Source: Candidatus Nomurabacteria bacterium
Lineage (GTDB): Bacteria; Patescibacteriota; Saccharimonadia; Saccharimonadales; VXPC01
Reading direction: 5' to 3'
DNA length: 64,000 bases
Assembly (NCBI GenBank): GCA_020631905.1
Contig: JACKGQ010000001.1
Location: forward strand, 101,854 to 165,853
Of the stretch, positions 1 through 8,879 are shown piece by piece (positions within the stretch are counted from its first letter, which is position 1; every line of letters starts with the position of its first letter). The position numbers and the translations under genes are program-made. Under the pieces are notes generated by a model. It did not search any database. It saw only the letters and a program-made list of their open reading frames with translations, and had not been told where the DNA came from.

Positions 1-597
1 TATGGCGATTGCAAAGACAATCACAAAAATGAGAATAGCTTCTCGAGAACCTTCATTGTTAGTTTTTAATAACTGGCTTGAGTCGGACACTGGCAGCTTT
101 GGCATTCCAAGCATCACATATAAATTACAGGCGGTTCCGCCGCCCCAAGCCACAGTAAACTGTTGGTCAAGCTCCTTGGTCTGACACTTTGAACTCTCAG
201 GAATTGTAATTGCCTCTTTTTCGGCCAATTTACTAGCTAGATTGCACGAGCTAGAAGCCCCGTCGCTAGGACTGATTGGATCATTAATACATGCCATCGA
301 GCGATCTATAAACTCTTGCGAGTATGTTTGCGAGGTACCACTGACACTAATTAAGCTGACAGCCCATGAAATAATTGCAGAGACTAGCAGGATTATTACC
401 AGTACATCCTTAAACTGATTGATAAACAATACAGCGGGATTAATAGACTTTTTTGTAGCTAGACTATTTAGACCATATGTAGCTCGTCTTTCTAGTACAT
501 CGGCTTGGCTGAGACCAGTTTTTACGCTCGAGTTAAACGAATCTACGGTCTCTGTTGAGCTCAATTGATAGGCCAAAATAGATTTTTGATTAGACAA
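1..597 (-). CDS. P-type cation-transporting ATPase, N-terminal fragment (gene continues beyond position 1)
   Basis: Absent from the ORF track because there is no stop in the window. My manual minus-strand translation is open from the in-frame stop at 613-615 down to position 1. A putative TTG start at 597-595 is preceded by GGTGGAAGG. The product reads ...KTGLSQADVLERRATYGLNSLATKKSINPAVLFINQFKDVLVIILLVSAIISWAV..., the Cation_ATPase_N plus TM1 pattern. ...EAILIFVIVFAIA at the window edge looks like TM2. Confidence 0.7.
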   Translation of the reverse strand, partial: MSNQKSILAYQLSSTETVDSFNSSVKTGLSQADVLERRATYGLNSLATKKSINPAVLFINQFKDVLVIILLVSAIISWAVSLISVSGTSQTYSQEFIDRSMACINDPISPSDGASSSCNLASKLAEKEAITIPESSKCQTKELDQQFTVAWGGGTACNLYVMLGMPKLPVSDSSQLLKTNNEGSREAILIFVIVFAIAI

Positions 598-674
598 GCT
601 TGCCTTCCACCCTTACAATAACACTTATATTGCTTATGTTATCGTATGGGGAGTAAGGAAGCAAAATAAATATC

Positions 675-1664
675 ATGGTGGATATATCTAGTTTTGCAGA
701 AGTCGCTCAAAATCTTGAAGGCCAAATTGCTGGCTATTCACTTAAGTCTGTCGGCTTAGCCTCACTACTAATTATTATGCTGGTAATTACTGGTATGCAG
801 ATTAAACAGCATAAGCCAAAGTATAGTCTTCATGTGTTTCTGCTGATTACCGCTATAGTTGGCAGTACGACGGTTTTCTTATTCGGCTCGACTATATATC
901 TAAACTCAGTGTCAGACAGTAATGGTCCTGTTCATTGGCACGCCGATATAGAATACTGGGTTTGCGGGAGTGAGATTGAGCTACGCGACCCTTACAGACT
1001 ACTCAGCAATAAGATTGGAACTGCCAGCTTACACGAACATAATGACAAACGGATCCATCTAGAAGGAGTTGTTGTTAATGAGCACGAAGATGCAACCCTA
1101 GGTAACTTCATGCATGTAATTGATGGCAACCTAGAGCGTGGGTCGATGACTATCCCGGTAGGTCAAAATAACCTCTTTGAAGATGATCAAGACGGAGATA
1201 TAGTCGACACCTCAAACCGAACCTATATCGAATCAATGGTTCGTGGGAGTGGTAACGCGCGTTATCTAGACTTGATGAATGGTGAGTCCTGTAGCGGAAA
1301 TGCAGACGCACAGCCAGCAGAAGTCCAGGTGTTCGTTTATCGCTTCGATAAAGACAACGATACATATTCCCAGACAAAACTAGATGACCCAGCCAATTAC
1401 GTTTATTCACCATACTCTAACGTACCGCCCGGCGATTGCATTATTTTTGAATTCGACTCTCCAAAAGATTTTACCGACAAACTATGCCTACAGTACGGAT
1501 TAAAGGACACCAAACGTTGTGTAGAGTTTGGCGTGCCTGCCAATGAGCCAGAACACTGCAATATTACCGATACTACAGACTATACAAAACTATCCGAACA
1601 AGCAGGTGTCGATGTACAAGAGGCTCCATCTAGTCAATCAGACAGTACTGAGAGGAGTAACTAA
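675..1664 (+). CDS. Membrane-anchored extracytoplasmic protein with HxH...HxH motifs, function unknown
   Basis: 329-aa ORF with two N-terminal hydrophobic helices. Motifs VHWHADIEYWVCG and LHEHNDKRIHLEG resemble a conserved family often found next to CcdA/DsbA-type genes. Its stop overlaps the next start (TAATG at 1662-1666). Confidence 0.6.
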   Translation: MVDISSFAEVAQNLEGQIAGYSLKSVGLASLLIIMLVITGMQIKQHKPKYSLHVFLLITAIVGSTTVFLFGSTIYLNSVSDSNGPVHWHADIEYWVCGSEIELRDPYRLLSNKIGTASLHEHNDKRIHLEGVVVNEHEDATLGNFMHVIDGNLERGSMTIPVGQNNLFEDDQDGDIVDTSNRTYIESMVRGSGNARYLDLMNGESCSGNADAQPAEVQVFVYRFDKDNDTYSQTKLDDPANYVYSPYSNVPPGDCIIFEFDSPKDFTDKLCLQYGLKDTKRCVEFGVPANEPEHCNITDTTDYTKLSEQAGVDVQEAPSSQSDSTERSN

Positions 1665-2368
1665 TGCTTGGCCTACCTGCCCTGACTCTGGTTTTAGGCT
1701 CTGCAGCGATTGACTCAATTAACCCTTGTGCTATCGGCGTCTTGATATTAATGGTTTCGGTCGTACTCGGAAACGGTCAATCGACAAAACGCTTACTAAT
1801 AGTTGGCTCTGCCTATATTTTTGCAATCTTCCTAACCTATTTGGCCGCTGGATTGGGTCTTGTTTATTTTTTGTCTGAAATACCAATCGCTTTTGCCGAA
1901 TATCTTAGTTTGGCAGTCGGGGCATTAGTCGTGCTCGCTGGGATATTAGAGATAAAGGATTACTTTTGGTATGGAAAAGGCTTTAGCTTACAAATTCCGG
2001 CGAAATATGCTGCTAAGATCCACGACTGGTCAACAAGCAAGACTTCGATTGCTGGGGTAATGTTACTTGGCATGTTCGTTGCTGCAGTTGAACTACCATG
2101 TACCGGGGCTCCATATCTAGCAATTATCAATGTTTTGAGTGTTGATTTTGGCTTAGCTGCATTTGGCCTGATGATCATCTATAACATTATTTTCGTAGCA
2201 CCTTTATTGGTGATCTTGGGTATGGTAGCCGCAGGTACAAAGGTGAGTGCAGTTGCAAAATGGAAAGAAGAGAGCAAAGGAGCAATGCGATTATTCATTG
2301 GGTTATTAATGATTGCTCTTGGTTGGATTCTAATCTTAATCGCTAACGGTACGGTAAACTTCGGATAG
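1664..2368 (+). CDS. ccdA: CcdA/DsbD-family transmembrane thiol-disulfide electron transporter
   Basis: 234-aa polytopic membrane protein carrying the two family cysteines in context: IDSINPCAIGVL and VELPCTGAPYLA. Confidence 0.8.
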   Translation: MLGLPALTLVLGSAAIDSINPCAIGVLILMVSVVLGNGQSTKRLLIVGSAYIFAIFLTYLAAGLGLVYFLSEIPIAFAEYLSLAVGALVVLAGILEIKDYFWYGKGFSLQIPAKYAAKIHDWSTSKTSIAGVMLLGMFVAAVELPCTGAPYLAIINVLSVDFGLAAFGLMIIYNIIFVAPLLVILGMVAAGTKVSAVAKWKEESKGAMRLFIGLLMIALGWILILIANGTVNFG

Positions 2369-2374
2369 AACTAT

Positions 2375-2650
2375 ATGTCAGAAAACTTTTTAGTAAAACG
2401 CGCTGGTCACACTGAGGCCTACGATAACAAGAAGCTTTATGCCAGTATCTATGCAGCCTGCTTAAGCGTACGTGAGCCTGCGGGATCGGCAGAATTAATT
2501 GCCAATCAAGTTGTTGGCGACGTTGAGCACTGGTTATCCCACAAGCACGAGATTACCAGCAACGATATCCGCAGAATGGCCGCCAAGCATTTACAGGTAT
2601 ATCATCCCGACGCGGCTTATATGTATTTTCATCACCGGGTGGTTTATTGA
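2375..2650 (+). CDS. Stand-alone ATP-cone domain protein
   Basis: 91 aa. The N-terminus LVKRAGHTEAYDNKKLYASIY matches the ATP-cone pattern (V.KRdG..e.F...Kl..si). No zinc ribbon or catalytic domain is present. Its stop overlaps the next start (TGATG). Confidence 0.65.
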   Translation: MSENFLVKRAGHTEAYDNKKLYASIYAACLSVREPAGSAELIANQVVGDVEHWLSHKHEITSNDIRRMAAKHLQVYHPDAAYMYFHHRVVY

Positions 2651-4041
2651 TGTATAAGGTCAAACATATCCGTCCACAGCATTTCGACTACGATCTAATA
2701 GTAATCGGATCTGGCGCCGGAGGCGGTGTTGCCGCCAATCTAAGTGCGCGTATTGGTAAGAAAGTTGCTGTTATTGAGGCAGGTAAAGTAGGTGGAGAGT
2801 GCCCAAACTATGGTTGTACACCCACAAAAGCTTTATTAACTGCTGCCGAAGCCTACACAGGTGCGAAAGAAGCAAGTCGTTTTGGCATACGAACACACAA
2901 TCTAAATTTTGACTATGCATCCGTTAAGGCTTGGAAAGATAAGGCTGTATACAACACTGGTACACACGATGGCGCTCAAGCCTTTACACGCGCAGGCATC
3001 GAACTCATCAAGGGCCATGCACATTTTCTGAATAAATGGACGGTTTCGATTGGCCATAAACGCCTGACGGCTCGTAAGTTTTTGATTGCTTCGGGAACCT
3101 ACAACCTGATACCGCCAATCGAAGGTCTAAAACAAACAGGTTACATAACTTACCGCGAAGCTATCGAGTTAGAACGACCTCCAAAGAGTCTACTAATCAT
3201 TGGTGGCGGGGCGATTGGTGTTGAGTTCGGAGAAATTTTTAACACCTTTGGAACAAGAACCGTTGTAGCTGAACTTGCACCTCGCTTGCTCGTAAAAGAA
3301 GATCAAGAAGCGGGCATGCTACTCGAACGTACCATGACCGAAAAAGGAATCGAAGTACATACAGGTACTAAAGTGATCAAGGTGACAGGAAAACCTGGTC
3401 GTAAAGAGGCGACATTAGAAAAAGAAGGTAAAATTTCTAAAATAATAGTCGAGGAAATCTTACTGGCGACCGGTAAAGCCGCCATGACCGATATTGGCCT
3501 AGAGAACGCTGGCGTAGCTTATGAGCGAGGTGGAATCATCGTCGATCAGTACATGCAAACCACCGCCAAGCATATCTATGCAGCTGGCGATGTCGTGGGT
3601 CCGTATATGTTTACCCATATGGCTTCATACCAAAGCCGGATAGCTGGGCATAATATGTGGCGCCGCTCAAGAGTTCGTGCAAAATATCACGCCGTTCCAA
3701 GATGTGTTTTTACTAGCCCCGAAATTGCTAGTGCGGGCTATACCGAAACCGAGCTTATACAGAAAAAAATCGACTACCAGCGAGCGGCAATCCCTATTAG
3801 CATTATCGGCCGCAGCAATACATCTGGCCAGGATACTGGATTTGTAAAAGTCTTAGCCAGCTACAGTGGGGTGCTCTTGGGAGCAACAATTGTTGCTCCG
3901 CGCGCCGGCGAGATGATCCACGAGCTTACCTTAGCCATCCACAAAGGCCTGAGGGCTAGTGATATTGATGAAACCATCCATGCCTTCCCTACTTGGAGCG
4001 AAGCCGTACGGATAGCTTGCAGCAAAATAATCTGTACCTAG
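2650..4041 (+). CDS. Class-I FAD-dependent pyridine nucleotide-disulfide oxidoreductase (dihydrolipoamide dehydrogenase / glutathione- or mercuric-reductase-like)
   Basis: It has the GxGxxG motif VIGSGAGGGVAA and the redox-active disulfide GGECPNYGCTPTKALL. A second dinucleotide fold (IIGGGAIGVEFGE), AAGDVVG and a C-terminal dimerisation-type region with HAFPTWSE are also present. ATG at 2650 is preferred over the track's TTG at 2647. Confidence 0.85.
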   Translation: MYKVKHIRPQHFDYDLIVIGSGAGGGVAANLSARIGKKVAVIEAGKVGGECPNYGCTPTKALLTAAEAYTGAKEASRFGIRTHNLNFDYASVKAWKDKAVYNTGTHDGAQAFTRAGIELIKGHAHFLNKWTVSIGHKRLTARKFLIASGTYNLIPPIEGLKQTGYITYREAIELERPPKSLLIIGGGAIGVEFGEIFNTFGTRTVVAELAPRLLVKEDQEAGMLLERTMTEKGIEVHTGTKVIKVTGKPGRKEATLEKEGKISKIIVEEILLATGKAAMTDIGLENAGVAYERGGIIVDQYMQTTAKHIYAAGDVVGPYMFTHMASYQSRIAGHNMWRRSRVRAKYHAVPRCVFTSPEIASAGYTETELIQKKIDYQRAAIPISIIGRSNTSGQDTGFVKVLASYSGVLLGATIVAPRAGEMIHELTLAIHKGLRASDIDETIHAFPTWSEAVRIACSKIICT

Positions 4042-4055
4042 AACTTTAAGTATTA

Positions 4056-4955
4056 TTACTTATGTTTGCTGACTTCGTTGGCCGTAATCATGGCATTGCG
4101 TAACTGTTCAGAAATATCTTGCATACCACTTGGGCTATGCGGCAAAAGAATTGTGTTGCTGCCCGACTGTGTGCCAACATCTTTTAGAGTATCAAAATAT
4201 TGGGTCATCAATACTAGGTTCATGACATCCTGGGCACTTGTACCCTGAACGCTATTCTGGAAATCTGTCACGCTCTCTTGCAAGCCATTTACGATTGCCG
4301 TGCGTTGATCGGCAATACCTTTACCCTGAAGTGCTTTGCTCTCGGCTTCGGCTTCGGCGGCCTTGACTACTCGAATCTTGTCGGCCTCAGCCTGCTCAAC
4401 TGCCGCAAGTCGCAGTCGCTGGGCAGCGTTGATTTCATTCATACTTGCCTTTACTTTTGCATCGGGGTCGATATCCGTAACTAGAGTCTTGACTATTCCG
4501 TAGCCAAAATCGTCCATAGTTTGTTCTAGTTCTACCTTCACGGCCTGAGCGATGTCATCTTTTGTTTCAAAGACATTGTCGAGCGTAATCACCGGCACTT
4601 GTGCTCGGACAACATCGTAGACATAGCTGGTAATCTGAGCTTCGGCATTTTGTAAACGATAAAAAGCTTCCTTAACTTTTTCTGGAATCACAAAATACTG
4701 CACACTAACAATCACAAACACAAACACATTGTCCTTAGTTTTAGTCTCAACACGTACATCTAGCTGCTGCACTCGCAGACTTAGGCGCCCAGCCACCCGA
4801 TCGATTAGCGGAATCTTAAAGTTAAGCCCAGCATCTGAAACTTTTGTAAACCCACCGAAACGTTCGATCACAGCAGCAGTTTGCTGTCTAACTATGTAAA
4901 GCCCTGAAATTAAAAAAATCGTAAAAACTATTATTGCAGCGATGATTATTGGCAT
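4056..4955 (-). CDS. SPFH/band-7 (stomatin/prohibitin-like) membrane protein
   Basis: N-terminal TM helix followed by VRQQTAAVIERFGGFTKVSDAGLNFKIPLIDRV and an Ala/Glu-rich coiled region, typical of the SPFH domain. TATAAT plus TAGGAG lie upstream on the minus strand. Confidence 0.85.
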   Translation of the reverse strand: MPIIIAAIIVFTIFLISGLYIVRQQTAAVIERFGGFTKVSDAGLNFKIPLIDRVAGRLSLRVQQLDVRVETKTKDNVFVFVIVSVQYFVIPEKVKEAFYRLQNAEAQITSYVYDVVRAQVPVITLDNVFETKDDIAQAVKVELEQTMDDFGYGIVKTLVTDIDPDAKVKASMNEINAAQRLRLAAVEQAEADKIRVVKAAEAEAESKALQGKGIADQRTAIVNGLQESVTDFQNSVQGTSAQDVMNLVLMTQYFDTLKDVGTQSGSNTILLPHSPSGMQDISEQLRNAMITANEVSKHK

Positions 4956-4997
4956 CTTTAACTCCTATATGATTATATTTTAGCAGATTTAGTAATC

Positions 4998-5498
4998 TTA
5001 AATATCTATCAATATAGAGTCGTCGGAATCATTCGGCTGATATATGAGCTTAAGACTACTCAACGAACTTCTATCGAGGCCAGTAAAAATAATTCTCTGG
5101 GTTATTGTTGCACCCGCCGTAACCAATGTGGCTGGAGTCGTTGAATCTGTAGGATACTGTGATCTGTAAATTTTGTTGCCAATGCTATCGAAGGCAAATA
5201 GATTAATTGGTGCCGTAAAATTGATGTCTGTATTGGTGTGATTCGTTAACTGGTATGTCAGGCTTAAGCTATACTGACCAGAATCAAGACGCTGATAATT
5301 TTTATTGATAATTTGAATGTCTAGAGAGCTAGCGGTAGTTGACACGCCTAATACGGAGGTTATTTTTGCTACGGGGCTAACAGATAATTTGGCGGTGTAA
5401 TTTGCCAGTAGCATAACCGACACAACCATAACTACCGCTATTAGTGTAATCACGCCCACTAGTCGATTGAGGCTCTTTTCGATTTTACTGACTTTCAT
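4998..5498 (-). CDS. Membrane-anchored beta-sandwich protein (DUF4352-like)
   Basis: 166 aa with an N-terminal TM anchor. The C-terminal TAGATITQRIIFTGL region resembles its paralog at 5507-6085. Confidence 0.5.
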   Translation of the reverse strand: MKVSKIEKSLNRLVGVITLIAVVMVVSVMLLANYTAKLSVSPVAKITSVLGVSTTASSLDIQIINKNYQRLDSGQYSLSLTYQLTNHTNTDINFTAPINLFAFDSIGNKIYRSQYPTDSTTPATLVTAGATITQRIIFTGLDRSSLSSLKLIYQPNDSDDSILIDI

Positions 5499-5506
5499 GA
5501 AAAATA

Positions 5507-6085
5507 TTATATATCTTTTAGATAGCTCGAGATATCAAAATTTATAATACTCGAGTTATCTTGGCCGTAAGGTTCGAAGTAAAAATGCAGATCGGTGCTA
5601 GTGATTGGTATCATAAAGCCAATTTGGCCCCTTACAGTATCACCGGCGGCAATTTTCCCGGCAGCACTATTCGTTATATTCGGTACAGTTGTTAGGGCGT
5701 ACTTCTTGCCGGTTTGATCCTTCAGGTAAGTGTAATTTAGCGGAAGAAATAATTGGTCTTGCTGGCTTTTATTGTCGATACTTAAATCGACCGTCACAAA
5801 CATATACCCCGATGGTGCCGGCAGATAAACCGGGATACCCTCTTTATCTATAGTTACATCCTCTAGTTTTAATCGATAAACTTCGGTCTCGACCGATTCA
5901 CCCGGCAACCAACTATGCATGCTGTAGCCAAGTTTAATATCGTACAGCTCGCCTTTTAGGCGATGATTTTGGCGAAGGGCGAGCCCGGCAATCAGGCAAG
6001 TTAGTATAACAGCCGCAACCGCACTAAAGCTGACAACTCTTAGAAGTCTTTGATGATTATTAATTGTTTGTTTACGATCCTGCAT
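5507..6085 (-). CDS. Membrane-anchored DUF4352-like protein
   Basis: 192 aa with a TM anchor. FVTVDLSIDNKS...AAGDTVRGQIGFMIP fits the DUF4352 pattern. It overlaps the upstream gene by 14 nt. Confidence 0.55.
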   Translation of the reverse strand: MQDRKQTINNHQRLLRVVSFSAVAAVILTCLIAGLALRQNHRLKGELYDIKLGYSMHSWLPGESVETEVYRLKLEDVTIDKEGIPVYLPAPSGYMFVTVDLSIDNKSQQDQLFLPLNYTYLKDQTGKKYALTTVPNITNSAAGKIAAGDTVRGQIGFMIPITSTDLHFYFEPYGQDNSSIINFDISSYLKDI

Positions 6086-7268
6086 ATTCCCCTATCAGCG
6101 AATTACCATTGTTGGTCAACCACCAGATAGCCGTCCCGCCACCGCCACTACGCGAACCACCACTATGCTTGCTGTTAAACGTGCTCGAAATATTTTTACC
6201 GCACCAAGTACTAGCGGTTAAAGAAGGTGCGCTCGGCAAACCGTTGTGACTGCCAGAGCTGCCAAAGAATCCACTAGCCAGCTTGTATACTTGTCCATTC
6301 GAACCATTTCCACCAGACGCCGTGTATTTAACTATTACCCAGCAGTCACTCTGTGTGTTATGCGCGGCTACCTCTGCAGAGGTGCATGAACCACCACTAC
6401 CGCAAGTCGAAACAGCATTCACCGTGAGGTTGACCGACTTTGTGCTAGTGCCAGCACTATTCGAGCAAGCTAGTGTATATGTATAGCTGCCAGCCGAAGG
6501 TGATACATTCAGGTTTCCACTAGTTGATTTACTTCCGCTCCACGAGCCGCTTGCTGTGCAGGTTGGGGCTGGGCTGACGTTAGAGTTGAGCGACCAAGAG
6601 ATTGAAGCTGTATCACCATCGGATATCGAACTCGGAGAAATCGTAAGGGTTAGAGTTGGTGCAACCGAAGTTGTTCCGCCAGTAGAGCCACTTGTTCCGC
6701 CAGTAGAGCCACTTGAGGTGCCACCGCTACTTGAACTGCTGCTGGAGCTACTGCTAGATGAACTCGACGAACTGGATGTTGAATTCGTGCTGCTTGTAGT
6801 TTTCTCTTCGACTTTGATCTTGGCACTAACTGTGGTTGATCCAGCCGAGTTTGTACATGTTAGGGTATAAGTTTTGGCAGCCTCAAGTGCGCCAGTATCC
6901 TGGTTGCCAACAGTATTCTTGACGCCAGACCAAGCACCAGAGGCGGCGCATACATCAGCATCTTTCGCTTCCCAATTGAGAGTGGCTGATTCTCCTGGTG
7001 CGACAGTATCTGGAGTAAGCTCAAGTACAATGCTGGGTGCGCCGTTTTCTCCAGCAACAGTCTTAACTGTTGTTTCTGGTTCGGCGTCGGTTGTTTTGGT
7101 ATCTTCCTGACTGGTCTCACTACTAGATTCATCTTGATTCGACAACGGATCATGGTGAATCTGAAAATATCCAATTACTAGAATCGCCGACATTCCAAGC
7201 AGAGATATGCCCAAGCTAAACCCGGCGATAAATTTTGTAGTCATAACTCTTTTAAATTTTATTTTCAT
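6072..7268 (-). CDS. Membrane-anchored surface protein: two Ig-like repeats, poly-Ser linker, C-terminal cytochrome b5-like domain
   Basis: 398 aa with an N-terminal anchor. It has two repeats (...TYTLTCTNSAGSTT... and ...YTYTLACSNSAGTST...) and an S-rich linker. The C-terminus AEVAAHNTQSDCWVIV...GQVYKL...GSHNG...CGKNISSTFNSKH matches the cytochrome b5-like pattern (Hn..dCW..i.g.VY....H.gG....CG.d....F...H). Confidence 0.6.
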   Translation of the reverse strand: MKIKFKRVMTTKFIAGFSLGISLLGMSAILVIGYFQIHHDPLSNQDESSSETSQEDTKTTDAEPETTVKTVAGENGAPSIVLELTPDTVAPGESATLNWEAKDADVCAASGAWSGVKNTVGNQDTGALEAAKTYTLTCTNSAGSTTVSAKIKVEEKTTSSTNSTSSSSSSSSSSSSSSSSSGGTSSGSTGGTSGSTGGTTSVAPTLTLTISPSSISDGDTASISWSLNSNVSPAPTCTASGSWSGSKSTSGNLNVSPSAGSYTYTLACSNSAGTSTKSVNLTVNAVSTCGSGGSCTSAEVAAHNTQSDCWVIVKYTASGGNGSNGQVYKLASGFFGSSGSHNGLPSAPSLTASTWCGKNISSTFNSKHSGGSRSGGGGTAIWWLTNNGNSLIGEYAGS

Positions 7269-8647
7269 GTCATTGTAAATTCTTCGCTATGTATTTTACG
7301 ATTTTTTACGCCTTTTGCACGAATTTGTTCTCGTAAACTCTTCATCATCGGTGGTGGACCACATATGAATATCTCTTTATTCATTAACCCGTCTGTATTT
7401 TTCTCGATAAAGTCGGCGCTTAAGAATGCTCCGTCTTGCTCATCAACAACAAACGGTATGAACTTGAAATTATGATAGTGTTTGGGCAAGAACTCGGCCA
7501 ACACGTGAGTTTCAACCATTTCAGAGCGGGTTTTGACACTATAAATTAGGTAGATTTGCTGGGGTATCTGTTGCATACTCCTAGCCATGCTCAAGAAGGG
7601 TGTAACACCTATGCCGCCCGCAATCCACACTTGCGGCGTCGTACCATAACGTGCTGGAACGAATCGACCAAAAGCGCCTTCGACTTCGGCAACTGTCCCC
7701 TCATGAAGTTTTTGGATTTCTGCCGTAAAATCTCCTAAAGCTTTTACGTAGAGCCTCAGACCATCTTCGGTTTCACCGGATGCTATCGAGAAAGGATGTG
7801 CTTCTGGAATTACTCCATCTTGTTGGCTCCACAAAAAACGTATGAATACAAACTGCCCAGGCTTAAACGGCAGCTTGCCTGCCATAGGCTCAAGTTCCAG
7901 GCGAGTCATGCTATCATCTACAAACACTTTTGACACCTTATAAGGTACTCGACGGACAAAAACATTGCCAAAAACTGTTCTATATAGGAATGCCCCCATG
8001 CCGATTATGCCCCAAATTATCAGGTACCATTTGAGCATATTACTTTGTGTTGTGTCTGAGCTAATTGTCACTAGATGGAGTATTGAAAAGACAAATGCAA
8101 CACCCAAAAAGCGATGCGTAAATAACCATAGTCGGTAAGGTAACTTTACAAAAAAAGTTAAAATCAATAGCACCACCAAACCCCAGAAAGCAATAATGCC
8201 GGCATTGATCGATATTGCATCCTGGACCTCTAGATAGCTGAGGCTAGTATCGACTGCACGCGGCCACAAAAATAAAGCAGCATCGCCAAAGGTTTGAAAG
8301 AGCTTAAAGTCTATATAGCGAATTGCTAAAAAGAATGGATGAAAAACCAAGAATGCCAGAGCAATCCCACCAGTAATATGGTGAGCAATATAAACCCGAT
8401 TAAGGCCTTGGAAAAGATTTTCTAACCAACGCCTTCTTACGGCTAGTAGTAAGTTGATCGCATATAGCACAAAACCAACTAGTGCAAAAATCTTGCCAAG
8501 TGAAGAAAAAGCTCCGTACCAATTTGAAAACTCGGCGCCTGCGTCATTTATCGACAGCCACATAACTATTGGTATCAGGCTAAAGGTCCAGATTAATATC
8601 CAACCACCGTATTTCTCGAACCAAAGTTTAAATTCTAAATCTGACAT
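7265..8647 (-). CDS. NOX/ferric-reductase family flavocytochrome (6-TM bis-heme domain + FAD + NAD(P)H domains)
   Basis: Two His pairs sit 13-14 residues apart in TM helices (IAHHITGGIALAFLVFHP; FTHRFLGVAFVFSILHL). The FAD motif HPFSIAS, the NAD(P)H motifs GGIGVTPFLSM and CGPPPMM are present. ATGA overlaps the downstream gene at 7265-7268. Confidence 0.85.
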   Translation of the reverse strand: MSDLEFKLWFEKYGGWILIWTFSLIPIVMWLSINDAGAEFSNWYGAFSSLGKIFALVGFVLYAINLLLAVRRRWLENLFQGLNRVYIAHHITGGIALAFLVFHPFFLAIRYIDFKLFQTFGDAALFLWPRAVDTSLSYLEVQDAISINAGIIAFWGLVVLLILTFFVKLPYRLWLFTHRFLGVAFVFSILHLVTISSDTTQSNMLKWYLIIWGIIGMGAFLYRTVFGNVFVRRVPYKVSKVFVDDSMTRLELEPMAGKLPFKPGQFVFIRFLWSQQDGVIPEAHPFSIASGETEDGLRLYVKALGDFTAEIQKLHEGTVAEVEGAFGRFVPARYGTTPQVWIAGGIGVTPFLSMARSMQQIPQQIYLIYSVKTRSEMVETHVLAEFLPKHYHNFKFIPFVVDEQDGAFLSADFIEKNTDGLMNKEIFICGPPPMMKSLREQIRAKGVKNRKIHSEEFTMT

Positions 8648-8879
8648 ATTGCTTGTGCTTTAGGCATTATTCTAACAGACTGTTGGTGTTAATCACTAAA
8701 TAATAACCACAATCCCTAGACTGTCCGTTTGCGTCTTTCTATTTACCTGCATGGCAAACCTCAATAGACAACTAGACTAATTAACTATCAAGCTGAGATC
8801 TATAGTTTTTTTGCGAAAATTCCGTAGATATAGCCTGATTGTAAACAAGAAAATAGTATCGAGACGACTAGTCAGTTTA

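Noticed and set aside
2-184. Track ORF of 60 aa on the + strand at the window start
   Set aside because: It is antisense to the much longer open frame of the P-type ATPase N-terminus (1-597, minus strand) and has no RBS or motif.
6556-7174. Tandem 21-nt repeat (GTTCCGCCAGTAGAGCCACTT x2 at about 6674-6715) with surrounding Ser-codon repeats, and track ORFs 6556-6870 (+), 6874-7110 (+), 6860-7174 (-)
   Set aside because: The repeats encode the poly-Ser/Gly-Thr linker of the surface protein 6072-7268. They are coding low complexity, not a CRISPR array or satellite. The ORFs are off-frame or antisense artefacts.
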